Below the pieces are notes generated by a model that made no database searches, had not been told where the DNA came from, and was given only the letters and a program-made list of their open reading frames with translations. The position numbers and the translations under genes are program-made. A stretch of DNA of 23,956 nt, taken from Methanothrix sp. Lineage in GTDB: Archaea; Halobacteriota; Methanosarcinia; Methanotrichales; Methanotrichaceae. The stretch is from contig JAXGJB010000040.1 in the NCBI GenBank assembly GCA_040770465.1, positions 1 to 23,956 on the forward strand, in the 5' to 3' direction. Of this stretch, positions 9,820 to 17,991 are shown piece after piece. Every line of letters begins with the position of its first letter. Within the stretch, counting starts at the first letter, position 1.

Positions 9820-10293
9820 TCAATCTTCTACCTCTTCCATCTCCAGGACCCCGTGGGGGCAGAAGGCGACACAGGCCCCACAGTGCTTGCACTTGATCGC
9901 CTTTCCTTCGGCGTCCAGGGAGATCGCCCTGATGAGGCAGGCGTCGGAGCAGGCCCCGCATCCCTCGCAGAGCTCTCGGTGAAATACGACCCGTCCGTCC
10001 TCCTTCTGCTCGAGGGCCCCCGTGGGGCAGGCCTCAACGCACGGGGGGTCTTTGCAGGCGTGACAGACGACCACGGCGAAGTCGCCCTCCAGCCCACCCT
10101 GAGTCTTCACCTTGATGGCGCTTCTGGAGAGGGACGCCCGGCCCGTGTTTACCCTGCTGCAGGCGAACATGCAGGAGAGGCAGCCGATGCACCTCTCCGG
10201 GTGGGCGACCTTGAGCCTCCGCCTCTTTCTCTTCGCCTTCTCAGGCTTCGCCCTCTTCGATTCGACGCCAGCCTCTCCACTGGCCTTGCTCAT
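9820..10293 (-). CDS. 4x[4Fe-4S] electron-transfer subunit (DmsB/CooF-like; GOR-S-like)
   Basis: CIGCLSCMFAC, CHACKDPPCVEACP, CEGCGACSDAC, CKHCGACVAFCP. Start uncertain: ATG 10293 has SD-like GGAGCAGG; ATG 10326 and TTG 10341 are possible. Confidence 0.85.
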   Translation of the reverse strand: MSKASGEAGVESKRAKPEKAKRKRRRLKVAHPERCIGCLSCMFACSRVNTGRASLSRSAIKVKTQGGLEGDFAVVVCHACKDPPCVEACPTGALEQKEDGRVVFHRELCEGCGACSDACLIRAISLDAEGKAIKCKHCGACVAFCPHGVLEMEEVED

Positions 10294-10450
10294 CGGTCCT
10301 GCTCCCGTTTCCAGTTCGTCGGGCATTGCAGACGATTCCAAACCAGCTCACAACCTCGATCTTGATCGGTCCAAGTTAGATCGTCTCTTCCTGAAGGGCA
10401 AAACCGGATGGTCAGTTTCGCCATCAGAACGATCTAAAAATTAGTTCGCA

Positions 10451-10470
10451 TAATTATTAATCATTTCTCG
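10451..10470 (-). promoter_or_regulatory. BRE/TATA promoter for the FeS-GOR-pfkB-aldolase unit
   Basis: Minus strand CGAGAAATGA-TTAATAATTA, the most AT-rich patch of this intergenic region. Confidence 0.55.
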
Positions 10471-10626
10471 TCAGGATACCCGAGATTAGACGAGGGGGTG
10501 GAGAACGGCCGGGTTCGAGGACGGATGGGTCTTCGAAGAAGTGGCTGTTTTTCGGACAAGATGCGAATTGACGGTTAAAATGGGTTCTGATGGGAAGGCT
10601 AAGGCGCCCTCCCAGGTTCCTGGTCT

Positions 10627-11739
10627 TCACTCGGCGTCCTCGAACCTCTCGCCCAGGGTCTTGAGGACGGATGGCAGCGTGGTGTACTCCATGTCCTCCA
10701 TCGGCAGTCGATGGGGCTCGAAGGGGCCGTGCCTTCTCATGTAGTCGGTGACCTCCTGGACCCTCCGTCTGGTGAGGTCGAATGCCGGATCTCTGAAGAG
10801 GTCGACGGGGCCGATCAGCATCCCCCTGGCGATCTGGAACCCTGCGGCAATGACTCGCGGGGGACCGTCGAACCGTGTGCAGCAGGCGTCCTCGAAGGCG
10901 CAGGGCATCAGGGGACCGTTGTGGCTCCCCCTCATCCAGCCGCTGACGAGGTGGCCGAGGGAGAAGGGCTCCAGGACCTCGCCGAGGGCTGGAAGCCCCG
11001 ACTGGGCCCTCACCAGGGCTACGGGGTCATCTTTTCCTACGTACTTGCCTGCGGTCTGGTAGAGCTTCTCGGTACTGACGACGGCGGCTGGCTCGTCCTC
11101 GGGAAGCTTTCCGGGCTTCGGGTAGACCCTCTTGATGACGTATCTGCTCTTGGCGCCGATGAGGGCCAGGATGTCGTACATCTCCTCCGGGGACTGCATC
11201 ATCACCTTCTTGTGCTCCATGATGTCCCAGACCTCGAATATGAACCCCTGGTGGATGCTGGGGTCGATGACGAGGCCGGCGGTGTTGAAGGGGTCGGCAA
11301 ATATCCTAAATATCGGCAGGTTGAATGCACCGGGCTCGGTCTTGTCCATCATGAAGGCGACTACCGGCTCTGCCACTCGCTCGTGAAACTCCATCTCAGC
11401 GACCCCCGGCCCCATCCCCTTGATGTTGCCGCAGAAGGCATCGCATAACAGGTCCTGGCCCGCGCCGTAGAGCTTCAGCTCCTCGGCCTTCTCCGTCGCC
11501 TTGACCATGACGTCCCAGGCGAGGCCGTGGATCTCTGCGTTGTCCTCGCCGAGGAGATGTGTCATCATGAGCTGGAGGTCGTCGCCGACGGACATCACCT
11601 TGAAGTCGATGATCCTTCCTCTTGCCTTCTCCTGGGCCAGAACCGATTCTGCAACCTCTTTCAGTGCGGGGTGAACGGTGGCGTGTCCGGGCCATCCGCC
11701 GACGTCTGCTTTGATCAAGCTGATAGTGATTTTGCTCAT
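10627..11739 (-). CDS. fbp: Bifunctional fructose-1,6-bisphosphate aldolase/phosphatase (class V FBPase)
   Basis: SLIKADVGGWPGH, GDDLQL, YGAGQDLL, DKTEPGAFNLP, YVGKDDP (Schiff-base Lys and Tyr), GWMRGSHNGPLMP, EYTTLP; 370 aa. Confidence 0.96.
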   Translation of the reverse strand: MSKITISLIKADVGGWPGHATVHPALKEVAESVLAQEKARGRIIDFKVMSVGDDLQLMMTHLLGEDNAEIHGLAWDVMVKATEKAEELKLYGAGQDLLCDAFCGNIKGMGPGVAEMEFHERVAEPVVAFMMDKTEPGAFNLPIFRIFADPFNTAGLVIDPSIHQGFIFEVWDIMEHKKVMMQSPEEMYDILALIGAKSRYVIKRVYPKPGKLPEDEPAAVVSTEKLYQTAGKYVGKDDPVALVRAQSGLPALGEVLEPFSLGHLVSGWMRGSHNGPLMPCAFEDACCTRFDGPPRVIAAGFQIARGMLIGPVDLFRDPAFDLTRRRVQEVTDYMRRHGPFEPHRLPMEDMEYTTLPSVLKTLGERFEDAE

Positions 11740-11859
11740 TTACAATCCCCTCTATCCGGTCGACCCCTCGAATCGAAATCGGCACCTATCAGGACCATTC
11801 CGCCCCTGGCCGACGACCGACGGGGGAGCATTGATTCGGATCGTTGCCAACCGGCTGTG

Positions 11860-11877
11860 GTGATTCTATTGCATCAC
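11860..11877. promoter_or_regulatory. Candidate operator palindrome GTGAT-N8-ATCAC
   Basis: GTGATtctattgcATCAC in the fbp/rbcL divergent spacer. Confidence 0.3.
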
Positions 11878-11913
11878 GCTATACTTGCAGCCTTTTACCT
11901 GTTACGGTTCCGT

Positions 11914-11953
11914 TTTTGTAACCCGGTATCCCAATTTTGTAACCCGGTGTCCC
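11914..11953. repeat. 19-bp direct repeat with 21-bp period in the fbp/rbcL divergent promoter region
   Basis: TTTTGTAACCCGGTATCCC (11914-11932) and TTTTGTAACCCGGTGTCCC (11935-11953), 18/19 identical. Confidence 0.85.
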
Positions 11954-12017
11954 GGAGAGTCCTGCTGTGGCGATATAATCGATTTTGTTTTCGCCTTGGG
12001 CCCGGATACGCCTCGCG

Positions 12018-12034
12018 CAAAAGAGAGTTTATTA
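12018..12034 (+). promoter_or_regulatory. BRE/TATA promoter for rbcL
   Basis: CAAAAGAGAG-TTTATTA about 42 nt before the ATG; shares AGAGTTTAT with the atp promoter; SD GAGGT. Confidence 0.55.
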
Positions 12035-12075
12035 CAGGAGAGCGCCATCGGTGATGTTGAGGAGCGTTCGAGGTT

Positions 12076-13242
12076 ATGGAAGTCATAGCAAAATATCGCG
12101 TCGAGACCGACCTTCCGATCGAGAAGGCCGCAGAGGCTATAGCCGCAGAGCAGTCGACTGGGACCTGGACCGAGGTGGAGCGGGAGAAGCTGGCAAGGGA
12201 CCTCGCCGCGAGGGTGATCAAAGCCGAGGGGAACTTCGCGTACATCGGCTTTCCCGAAGAGCTATTCGAGCCGGGGAACATCCCTCAGTACCTCTCAGTC
12301 GTCGCCGGAAACCTCTTCGGCCTTGGGGACCTGAAGAAGGTCCGTCTGCTGGACGTCATATTCCCTCAGAGCCTGGTCAACGCCCACAAGGGCCCGCGGT
12401 TTGGGATAAAGGAGGCTCGCAAGATCCTCGGGGTCTTCGATCGACCCCTGGTGGGGACGATCATCAAGCCGAAGGTCGGCCTCAGCCCAGAGGACACGGC
12501 GGTGGTGGCGGGCCAGGCGGTGAGGGGTGGCCTCGACCTGATCAAGGACGACGAGACCCTCACCGACCAGTCCTTCTGCCCCATCGATGAGAGGGTGGAG
12601 GCTGTGATGGCGGAGCTCTCGAAGGTCGAGGACGAGACCGGAAAGAAGGCCTTCTACGCCGTCAACGTCACCTGCGGCGCCGAGGAGATCCTGGAGCGGG
12701 CCGAGGACGTCATCGATCGCGGCGCCAACATGGTGATGGTCGACGTCCTAACCGCTGGTTTTTCGGCCCTCGAGGTCCTCTCCCGGGGGGTCAAGGTCCC
12801 GATCCACGTCCACAGGACGATGCACGGTGCCTTCACCCGCGACAGAGGTCACGGCATCTCGATGGTTCCCATATCGAGGCTCGTTCGGATGGCCGGGGGA
12901 ACCAACCTCCACACCGGCAGCTACCTCGGCAAGATGGCCGGAGATCGAGAGGAGAACGACGAGTGCAGAGACGCCCTCCGGGACGACTGGTACGGCCTGC
13001 GTCCCGTCTTCCCCGTAGCCTCAGGCGGGGTCCATCCCGGCAAAGTTCGTCCCAACCTCGATGGGTACGGCATCGACTGCATAGTTCAGGCGGGCGGCGG
13101 AGTTCACGGCCACCCCTCCGGGACCACGGCGGGCGCGAGGGCGATGGTCCAGGCGGTGGAGGCCTGGAAGGCGGGGGTCTCGGCGGAGGAGTACGCCAAG
13201 AGCCACAAAGAGCTGGAGGCGGCTCTGAAGTTCTGGTCCTGA
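12076..13242 (+). CDS. rbcL: Ribulose-1,5-bisphosphate carboxylase, archaeal form III (compact, 388 aa)
   Basis: AEQSTGTW, GNLFG, IKPKVGL, DLIKDDE, HVHRTMH, LHTGSYLGKM (loop-6 Lys), VASGG, QAGGGVHGHP; all the canonical catalytic positions checked are present. Confidence 0.92.
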   Translation: MEVIAKYRVETDLPIEKAAEAIAAEQSTGTWTEVEREKLARDLAARVIKAEGNFAYIGFPEELFEPGNIPQYLSVVAGNLFGLGDLKKVRLLDVIFPQSLVNAHKGPRFGIKEARKILGVFDRPLVGTIIKPKVGLSPEDTAVVAGQAVRGGLDLIKDDETLTDQSFCPIDERVEAVMAELSKVEDETGKKAFYAVNVTCGAEEILERAEDVIDRGANMVMVDVLTAGFSALEVLSRGVKVPIHVHRTMHGAFTRDRGHGISMVPISRLVRMAGGTNLHTGSYLGKMAGDREENDECRDALRDDWYGLRPVFPVASGGVHPGKVRPNLDGYGIDCIVQAGGGVHGHPSGTTAGARAMVQAVEAWKAGVSAEEYAKSHKELEAALKFWS

Positions 13243-13278
13243 TGAGAGATTCCAGATCGGGAGGCGATATCCCCAAAA

Positions 13279-13294
13279 CCGAAGAGTTTATATT
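13279..13294 (+). promoter_or_regulatory. BRE/TATA promoter of the A1AO ATP synthase operon
   Basis: CCGAAGAG-TTTATATT about 95 nt upstream of the first ATG (13389). Confidence 0.65.
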
Positions 13295-13388
13295 GTTACA
13301 TGTTATGAGATCAGAACGTTTATCACAGCTTGAGTGATGGTAGCGCTGTCTGAAAACGGTAAGGATGTAGTGAGGGTAGAGGGATCAG

Positions 13389-13715
13389 ATGACTAGACAC
13401 GAGATCTTATCGAAGATCAAGCAAGCGGAAGCCGATGCTCAAGCCAGCATCGAGCAAGCCCAACAGGAGCGTGACAAGCGAATCGCCGATGCCACTGCCG
13501 AAGCAACGAACATTGTGAGAACCGCTGAGGCTGAAGCTCAGGAGTATTATGAGAAGCGTCTTGCCGATGCCGAGAAGGGAGTTCAGTCCAAGAAGCAGGC
13601 GATCATCGACGACGGCATGAAAAAAGTCAACGCAACGAAGAGCGGCGCCAGCGGCAAGGTGGACGCTGCAGTTGAACATCTGTTAAAGGAGTTTATGGGG
13701 TTGTTGCATGCTTAG
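13389..13715 (+). CDS. atpH: A1AO ATP synthase peripheral stalk subunit H (G-like)
   Basis: EILSKIKQAEADA...coiled coil...VDAAVEHLL; first gene of the HIKECFABD order. Confidence 0.88.
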   Translation: MTRHEILSKIKQAEADAQASIEQAQQERDKRIADATAEATNIVRTAEAEAQEYYEKRLADAEKGVQSKKQAIIDDGMKKVNATKSGASGKVDAAVEHLLKEFMGLLHA

Positions 13716-15777
13716 ACCCGTTGAGATGTGCCGTGTTGTCGTCGCCGGGTCGAATAAGGTTATAGAGCCAGTCATAGAGAAGCTCCACGAGCTTAATCTG
13801 TTGCATCTCGTAAACTATTCTGGTGCGGATGAAGCCTTCGAGATGGGCAAGCCCCTGGGAACGGCGTCTGGATACGCCGAACAGCTCATAAAGCTCCGGT
13901 CCATCGAGAGGTATCTCGACATCAGTGACAAGATGCCTGACAAACAGTTTCCCGAGTCTCAGGTCCTTTCACAGATGGATGGGATCCTCGGCAGCGTCGG
14001 CGATGACGTCATCGCCACAGCTGAGCGGATTGCTGAGATCGACAACGAGGTCAAGATCAAGCAGGATCAGGCCAAGGCCCTGAAGCCCCTGGCCGGGCTG
14101 CCGATCGATCTGGAGCTTTTGTACGGCTACAACACCCTTGCAGCCTTTGTGGGAACTGCCGCCTCTCCCGTCGAGGCCGATGTATCAAAGGTCTCGTACG
14201 TCAATGAGGTCTTCACCGCCAGCACTGGCAAAACCAATGCGGTGGCAGTCTTCGTGCCTGTGGAGAAAGCAGGCGAAGTTTCTGGCGTTCTCGCCGAACA
14301 CGGTTTCTCCGAGATATCCGTACCCCGGGGACCGACCGGAAGCATCGCCGGAGCCATAAGCACCCTCGAGTCCGATGCCAAGAGGCTGGAGGGCGAGAAG
14401 GCGCCGCTGCAGAAGAAGCTGAAGGACGTCAGTGCCCAGCATGAGGACCTGATTCTGGCCATCGACGAACACCTCTCGATCAAGTCCCAGAAAGCGGAGT
14501 CGCCTCTGAGGTTCGCTTCAACCGACAACGCCTTCGTGATCGACGGTTGGGTTCCGACCAGTCAGTACGAGACGCTGAAGAGCGAGCTCGATAGCGCGGC
14601 AGGTGGACGAATCCAGATCGAGAAGCTGGACGGTTCCGAGGCTGATAAGCTGGTGGAGGCCGGTGAGGACATCCCCACCAAGATGAACAACCCCGGCATA
14701 GTGAAGCCTTACGAGCTGATCACCCGTCTCTTCGCCATTCCCGAGTACAAAGAGTTCGACCCGACACTGCTGATATTCATATTCTTCCCATTGATGTTCG
14801 GCCTGATATTGGGCGATGTCGCTTACGGCGTGATATCTCTGATCGTGATGTTCATGCTGAAGCGGAAGTTCAGGACTCCAGGTTGGCAGTCTCTGATCAA
14901 CATCGTGATCATAGCGAGCGTCTGGGCGATAATATTCGGCTTCTTGTTCGGCGAGATCTTCGGGCCTCTGGGCCTGTGGGACTACATATTCAGTGGTGCT
15001 CACCACGTGGGCCTCTTGGGAACTGTGGCTCATCCGCATGAAGTCGGCATCGATTTCGGCGCTGGGTTCTACGGTCCTCTTGGGAGGATTGGGCCTTCCG
15101 GCCTTGGCGGGTTCGCTGGGGCGATGTTCCCCATGTACAGGCTGGCGACGGCCTCTGTTCTGGTTTTGATCGGCGTTAGCATCTTCATCGGCGTCGTCCA
15201 CACCGGCATCGGTTCTGTCCTGGGCGTCAAGACCGAACTCGCCTACGGCGAGAAGAGGCATGCCTACTTCGAGAGGCTTCCTGTGCTTCTCTTCCAGGTC
15301 TTCTTCGGCCTCGGCCTTCTGGGATTGATCGTCGGTGGTCTGGGCAACCCCCTGGTTCTGCTCAGCGCGCTGGTCATCGTCATATCCATCATCATGATGG
15401 TAAAGGGACCTGAAGGTGTCATGGGCGCGACTCACATACCGTTCTTTGTGAGCAACCTGATAAGCTACCTTCGACTTCTGGCCATTGGCCTTGCGTCGGT
15501 GGGCGTTGCTTTCGCTGCAAACCAGCTGGCTTTCTACGTGCTGATGCCGATGCTGAGCGGCGGAGCCACCGAGGGGTTCACGACGATAGCGATCGTTGTT
15601 GGTATAGTTGTGTTGATCATGGTTCACTTCATCAACCTGCTTCTTGGAATCCTCTCTCCGTTCATGCACCCTCTCAGGTTGCACTACGTGGAGATGTTCA
15701 CCAAGTTCTACAGTCAGCATGGTGGTGGAGTTGAGTATTCGCCCTTCGGACGTGTCCGAAGGTTCTTGAGAGATTGA
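13708..15777 (+). CDS. atpI: A1AO ATP synthase subunit I (a)
   Basis: MLRPVEM, IDGWVP, IPTKMNNP, PEYKEFDPT, GDVAYG, SYLRLLA (essential Arg), LRLHYVEMFTKFY. Confidence 0.95.
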   Translation: MLRPVEMCRVVVAGSNKVIEPVIEKLHELNLLHLVNYSGADEAFEMGKPLGTASGYAEQLIKLRSIERYLDISDKMPDKQFPESQVLSQMDGILGSVGDDVIATAERIAEIDNEVKIKQDQAKALKPLAGLPIDLELLYGYNTLAAFVGTAASPVEADVSKVSYVNEVFTASTGKTNAVAVFVPVEKAGEVSGVLAEHGFSEISVPRGPTGSIAGAISTLESDAKRLEGEKAPLQKKLKDVSAQHEDLILAIDEHLSIKSQKAESPLRFASTDNAFVIDGWVPTSQYETLKSELDSAAGGRIQIEKLDGSEADKLVEAGEDIPTKMNNPGIVKPYELITRLFAIPEYKEFDPTLLIFIFFPLMFGLILGDVAYGVISLIVMFMLKRKFRTPGWQSLINIVIIASVWAIIFGFLFGEIFGPLGLWDYIFSGAHHVGLLGTVAHPHEVGIDFGAGFYGPLGRIGPSGLGGFAGAMFPMYRLATASVLVLIGVSIFIGVVHTGIGSVLGVKTELAYGEKRHAYFERLPVLLFQVFFGLGLLGLIVGGLGNPLVLLSALVIVISIIMMVKGPEGVMGATHIPFFVSNLISYLRLLAIGLASVGVAFAANQLAFYVLMPMLSGGATEGFTTIAIVVGIVVLIMVHFINLLLGILSPFMHPLRLHYVEMFTKFYSQHGGGVEYSPFGRVRRFLRD

Positions 15778-15808
15778 GATTAGGATTAGCTAACGGAGGG
15801 ATAAGGAA

Positions 15809-16066
15809 ATGGTAGTAGAAACAATAACTGACGGTGGAATACTGTACGGACTTCTGGCTGTTGGCGCCGGTCTTGCGACTGGACTTGCCGGTATTGGTGC
15901 GGGTGTTGGTGAGCAGGGTATCGGAGCTGCTGTGGTGGGCGTCGTCGCAGAAGAGCCCGGCTTCCTGGGCAAGGGTCTGTTCCTGATGCTTCTGCCCGAG
16001 ACTCTCATCATCTTCGGTCTTGCTGTTTCACTGATCCTGATGTTCGCCTGGACGCCCTTCGCGTGA
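15809..16066 (+). CDS. atpK: A1AO ATP synthase proteolipid subunit K (c), single hairpin
   Basis: GLAGIGAGVGEQGIG glycine zipper, LPET ion-binding Glu; 85 aa. Confidence 0.95.
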   Translation: MVVETITDGGILYGLLAVGAGLATGLAGIGAGVGEQGIGAAVVGVVAEEPGFLGKGLFLMLLPETLIIFGLAVSLILMFAWTPFA

Positions 16067-16095
16067 ATTCGCCATCCTGAGCGAGGTCGAGAGGA

Positions 16096-16644
16096 ATGGC
16101 ACTAGACGCAGTGGTAGAGGACATTCTTGCAACCAGCAAGAGCAAGGTCGCGGAGATAAACGCCGAGACCGAGCAAGAGGTTGCAAGGATACTTAATGAA
16201 GCCAGAGACCGTGCCGCGGCAATCAAGTCCGAAAAAGAGGGGGAGGCAGACAGCGCTGTAGAGGCTCTCGAGCGCAGAGTAGTATCAAGCGCTCATCTTC
16301 AGGTGAAGAGGGCTGAGCTGAACGTGCGCAAGGATCTCATGGAGGAGACTCGTAAGAAGCTCGTCGAGGCGGTATCAAAGCTGCCCGAAAAGGAGAACGA
16401 GAACCTCGTCAAAGAGATCGTCAAGCCCTACAACCTGAAGGAGATGAAGGTAAGGTCCAGCAAGAAGGACCAGACCTTCGTCTCTTCTCTAGCCCCCAAC
16501 TATGGCGGGACTGTTGATACCGTCGGCGGCGTTGTGATAGAGAGCGAAGATGGATCGATGAGCTACGATCACACCTACGAAACTCTGGCGAGCGAAGCAT
16601 TCAGCAAGTCCATGAAAGACGTCTCCAAGATCCTGTTTGGGTGA
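16096..16644 (+). CDS. atpE: A1AO ATP synthase subunit E
   Basis: [11 protein letters not shown], coiled coil, [24 protein letters not shown]. Confidence 0.92.
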   Translation: MALDAVVEDILATSKSKVAEINAETEQEVARILNEARDRAAAIKSEKEGEADSAVEALERRVVSSAHLQVKRAELNVRKDLMEETRKKLVEAVSKLPEKENENLVKEIVKPYNLKEMKVRSSKKDQTFVSSLAPNYGGTVDTVGGVVIESEDGSMSYDHTYETLASEAFSKSMKDVSKILFG

Positions 16645-16648
16645 GGCC

Positions 16649-17692
16649 ATGCCGGTACTACGTTTGCCGAAGTTCGGAAAACCGGTGAAATACGCATACA
16701 TCACGGGCAGAGTTCGGGCCATGAAGACCAAACTCATACCCCACGAGATGTATCAGAGAATGCTGGGCATGGATATACCAGAGATTGCGCGGTACCTGGA
16801 GGAGACCCAATACAAGGAAGAGATCGACTCGATGGCGAAGGACCATTCCGGCGCGGAACTCGTGGAGTACGCCACCTTTGCCAATCTTGCAAAGACCTAC
16901 AGGAAACTCCTGGAGGTCTCGATCGATGAACCTCAGTTCCTCATTCTGGAGTACCTGAGGCGTTGGGACATCTGGAACATCAAGACGATACTCCGAGGCA
17001 AGTTCTATGGGGCCAGCGAAGAGGAGATCATGAAGTACCTGGTGCCCGCAGGCGAGCTGGATATGGAGTTTCTTGAGGGTCTTGTCAAGAAGGAGCGGGT
17101 CGAGGAGGTCATCTCTGCCTTCGACGGTACCGACTACTACGAGGCTCTGGCCCACTACGATGGACAAATGCTCTCTTCGGTGGAGAACGCCCTGGACAAG
17201 CTTTACTACTTCCGGATGGAGCGTGCTGTAGGCGGAACCCTCTCCGTTGGAGGCGGTCTCCTGCTGAAGTACGTCCGAAAGGAGATAGACGTCAAGAACC
17301 TGGTCACCCTCTTCCGGATGAACAAGGCCGGAATAGAGGCAAGCGTAATACAGGAGAACCTGATCCCCGGCGGAAAGCTCCACGAAGAGCTGAGCCGGAT
17401 GGCAGGCCAGTCCTACAACGAGTTCGTCAGGGGACTTGAGGGCTATCCCTTCTGGAGCGCTATCTCGGACGTCGTGGCAGAGGGGGGCAGTGTGAGCAGG
17501 ATAGAGGCGCGCCTCCGGGCATACCTCGTAAGGTACGCCTGGGCACTGTCGAACTATCATCCGCTCTCCATCCTTCCGGTGCTGGGTTACATCGTCAGCA
17601 AGGATACTGAAGTTTCAAACATCAGAAAGATCGTCCGCGGCAAGGAGGCGGGACTTTCTGCTGAGCTCATTGAAGAACAGGTGGTGGCGTAA
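16649..17692 (+). CDS. atpC: A1AO ATP synthase subunit C
   Basis: [48 protein letters not shown]; ATG 16649 follows SD GGGTGAGG. Confidence 0.93.
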   Translation: MPVLRLPKFGKPVKYAYITGRVRAMKTKLIPHEMYQRMLGMDIPEIARYLEETQYKEEIDSMAKDHSGAELVEYATFANLAKTYRKLLEVSIDEPQFLILEYLRRWDIWNIKTILRGKFYGASEEEIMKYLVPAGELDMEFLEGLVKKERVEEVISAFDGTDYYEALAHYDGQMLSSVENALDKLYYFRMERAVGGTLSVGGGLLLKYVRKEIDVKNLVTLFRMNKAGIEASVIQENLIPGGKLHEELSRMAGQSYNEFVRGLEGYPFWSAISDVVAEGGSVSRIEARLRAYLVRYAWALSNYHPLSILPVLGYIVSKDTEVSNIRKIVRGKEAGLSAELIEEQVVA

Positions 17693-17991
17693 TGCAGATA
17701 GCTGTTATCGGCAGTGGTGATTCTGTAATCGGGTTCACCCTGGCCGGGATAAGAAAGGCTTACGAGGCCACTACACAGGAGGAGCTCATCTCGAAGATAG
17801 AGGCGGTTATGGCGGATCCCGAGGTCGGGATCGTCGTCCTGGGGCAGGCTGATTTCAACAACCTTCCCTCCAGGCTGAGGGGAACGCTGACCGAATCCGT
17901 CAAACCAACGGTGATAGCCATCGGAACTGAGCAGAGCACAGAGATGAGAGAGAAGATTAAAAGGGCAATAGGTGTTGATTTATGGAAGTAG
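17692..17991 (+). CDS. atpF: A1AO ATP synthase subunit F
   Basis: IAVIG..DSVIGFTLAGI, REKIKRAIGVDLW; TAATG overlap with atpC. Confidence 0.94.
   Translation: MQIAVIGSGDSVIGFTLAGIRKAYEATTQEELISKIEAVMADPEVGIVVLGQADFNNLPSRLRGTLTESVKPTVIAIGTEQSTEMREKIKRAIGVDLWK

Noticed and set aside
10210-10293. KRKRRR in the FeS subunit as a twin-arginine signal
   Set aside because: No hydrophobic helix follows; the first Cys motif begins almost immediately.
11914-11953. Direct repeats here and at 1644-1673 and 23060-23105 as CRISPR remnants
   Set aside because: Only 2-3 short units, no spacer-sized unique sequence and no cas genes.
11396-12590. Several ORFs spanning the fbp/rbcL spacer
   Set aside because: They overlap real genes, have no protein-like features, and the region carries promoter elements.
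12076-13242. RuBisCO-like protein (form IV) with MtnA for methionine salvage
   Set aside because: Carboxylase residues, including the loop-6 Lys, are intact, and the isomerase motifs fit R15P isomerase.
14518-17560. Long minus-strand ORFs (400 aa and 300 aa) within the atp operon
   Set aside because: Antisense shadows caused by codon bias of well-supported genes.
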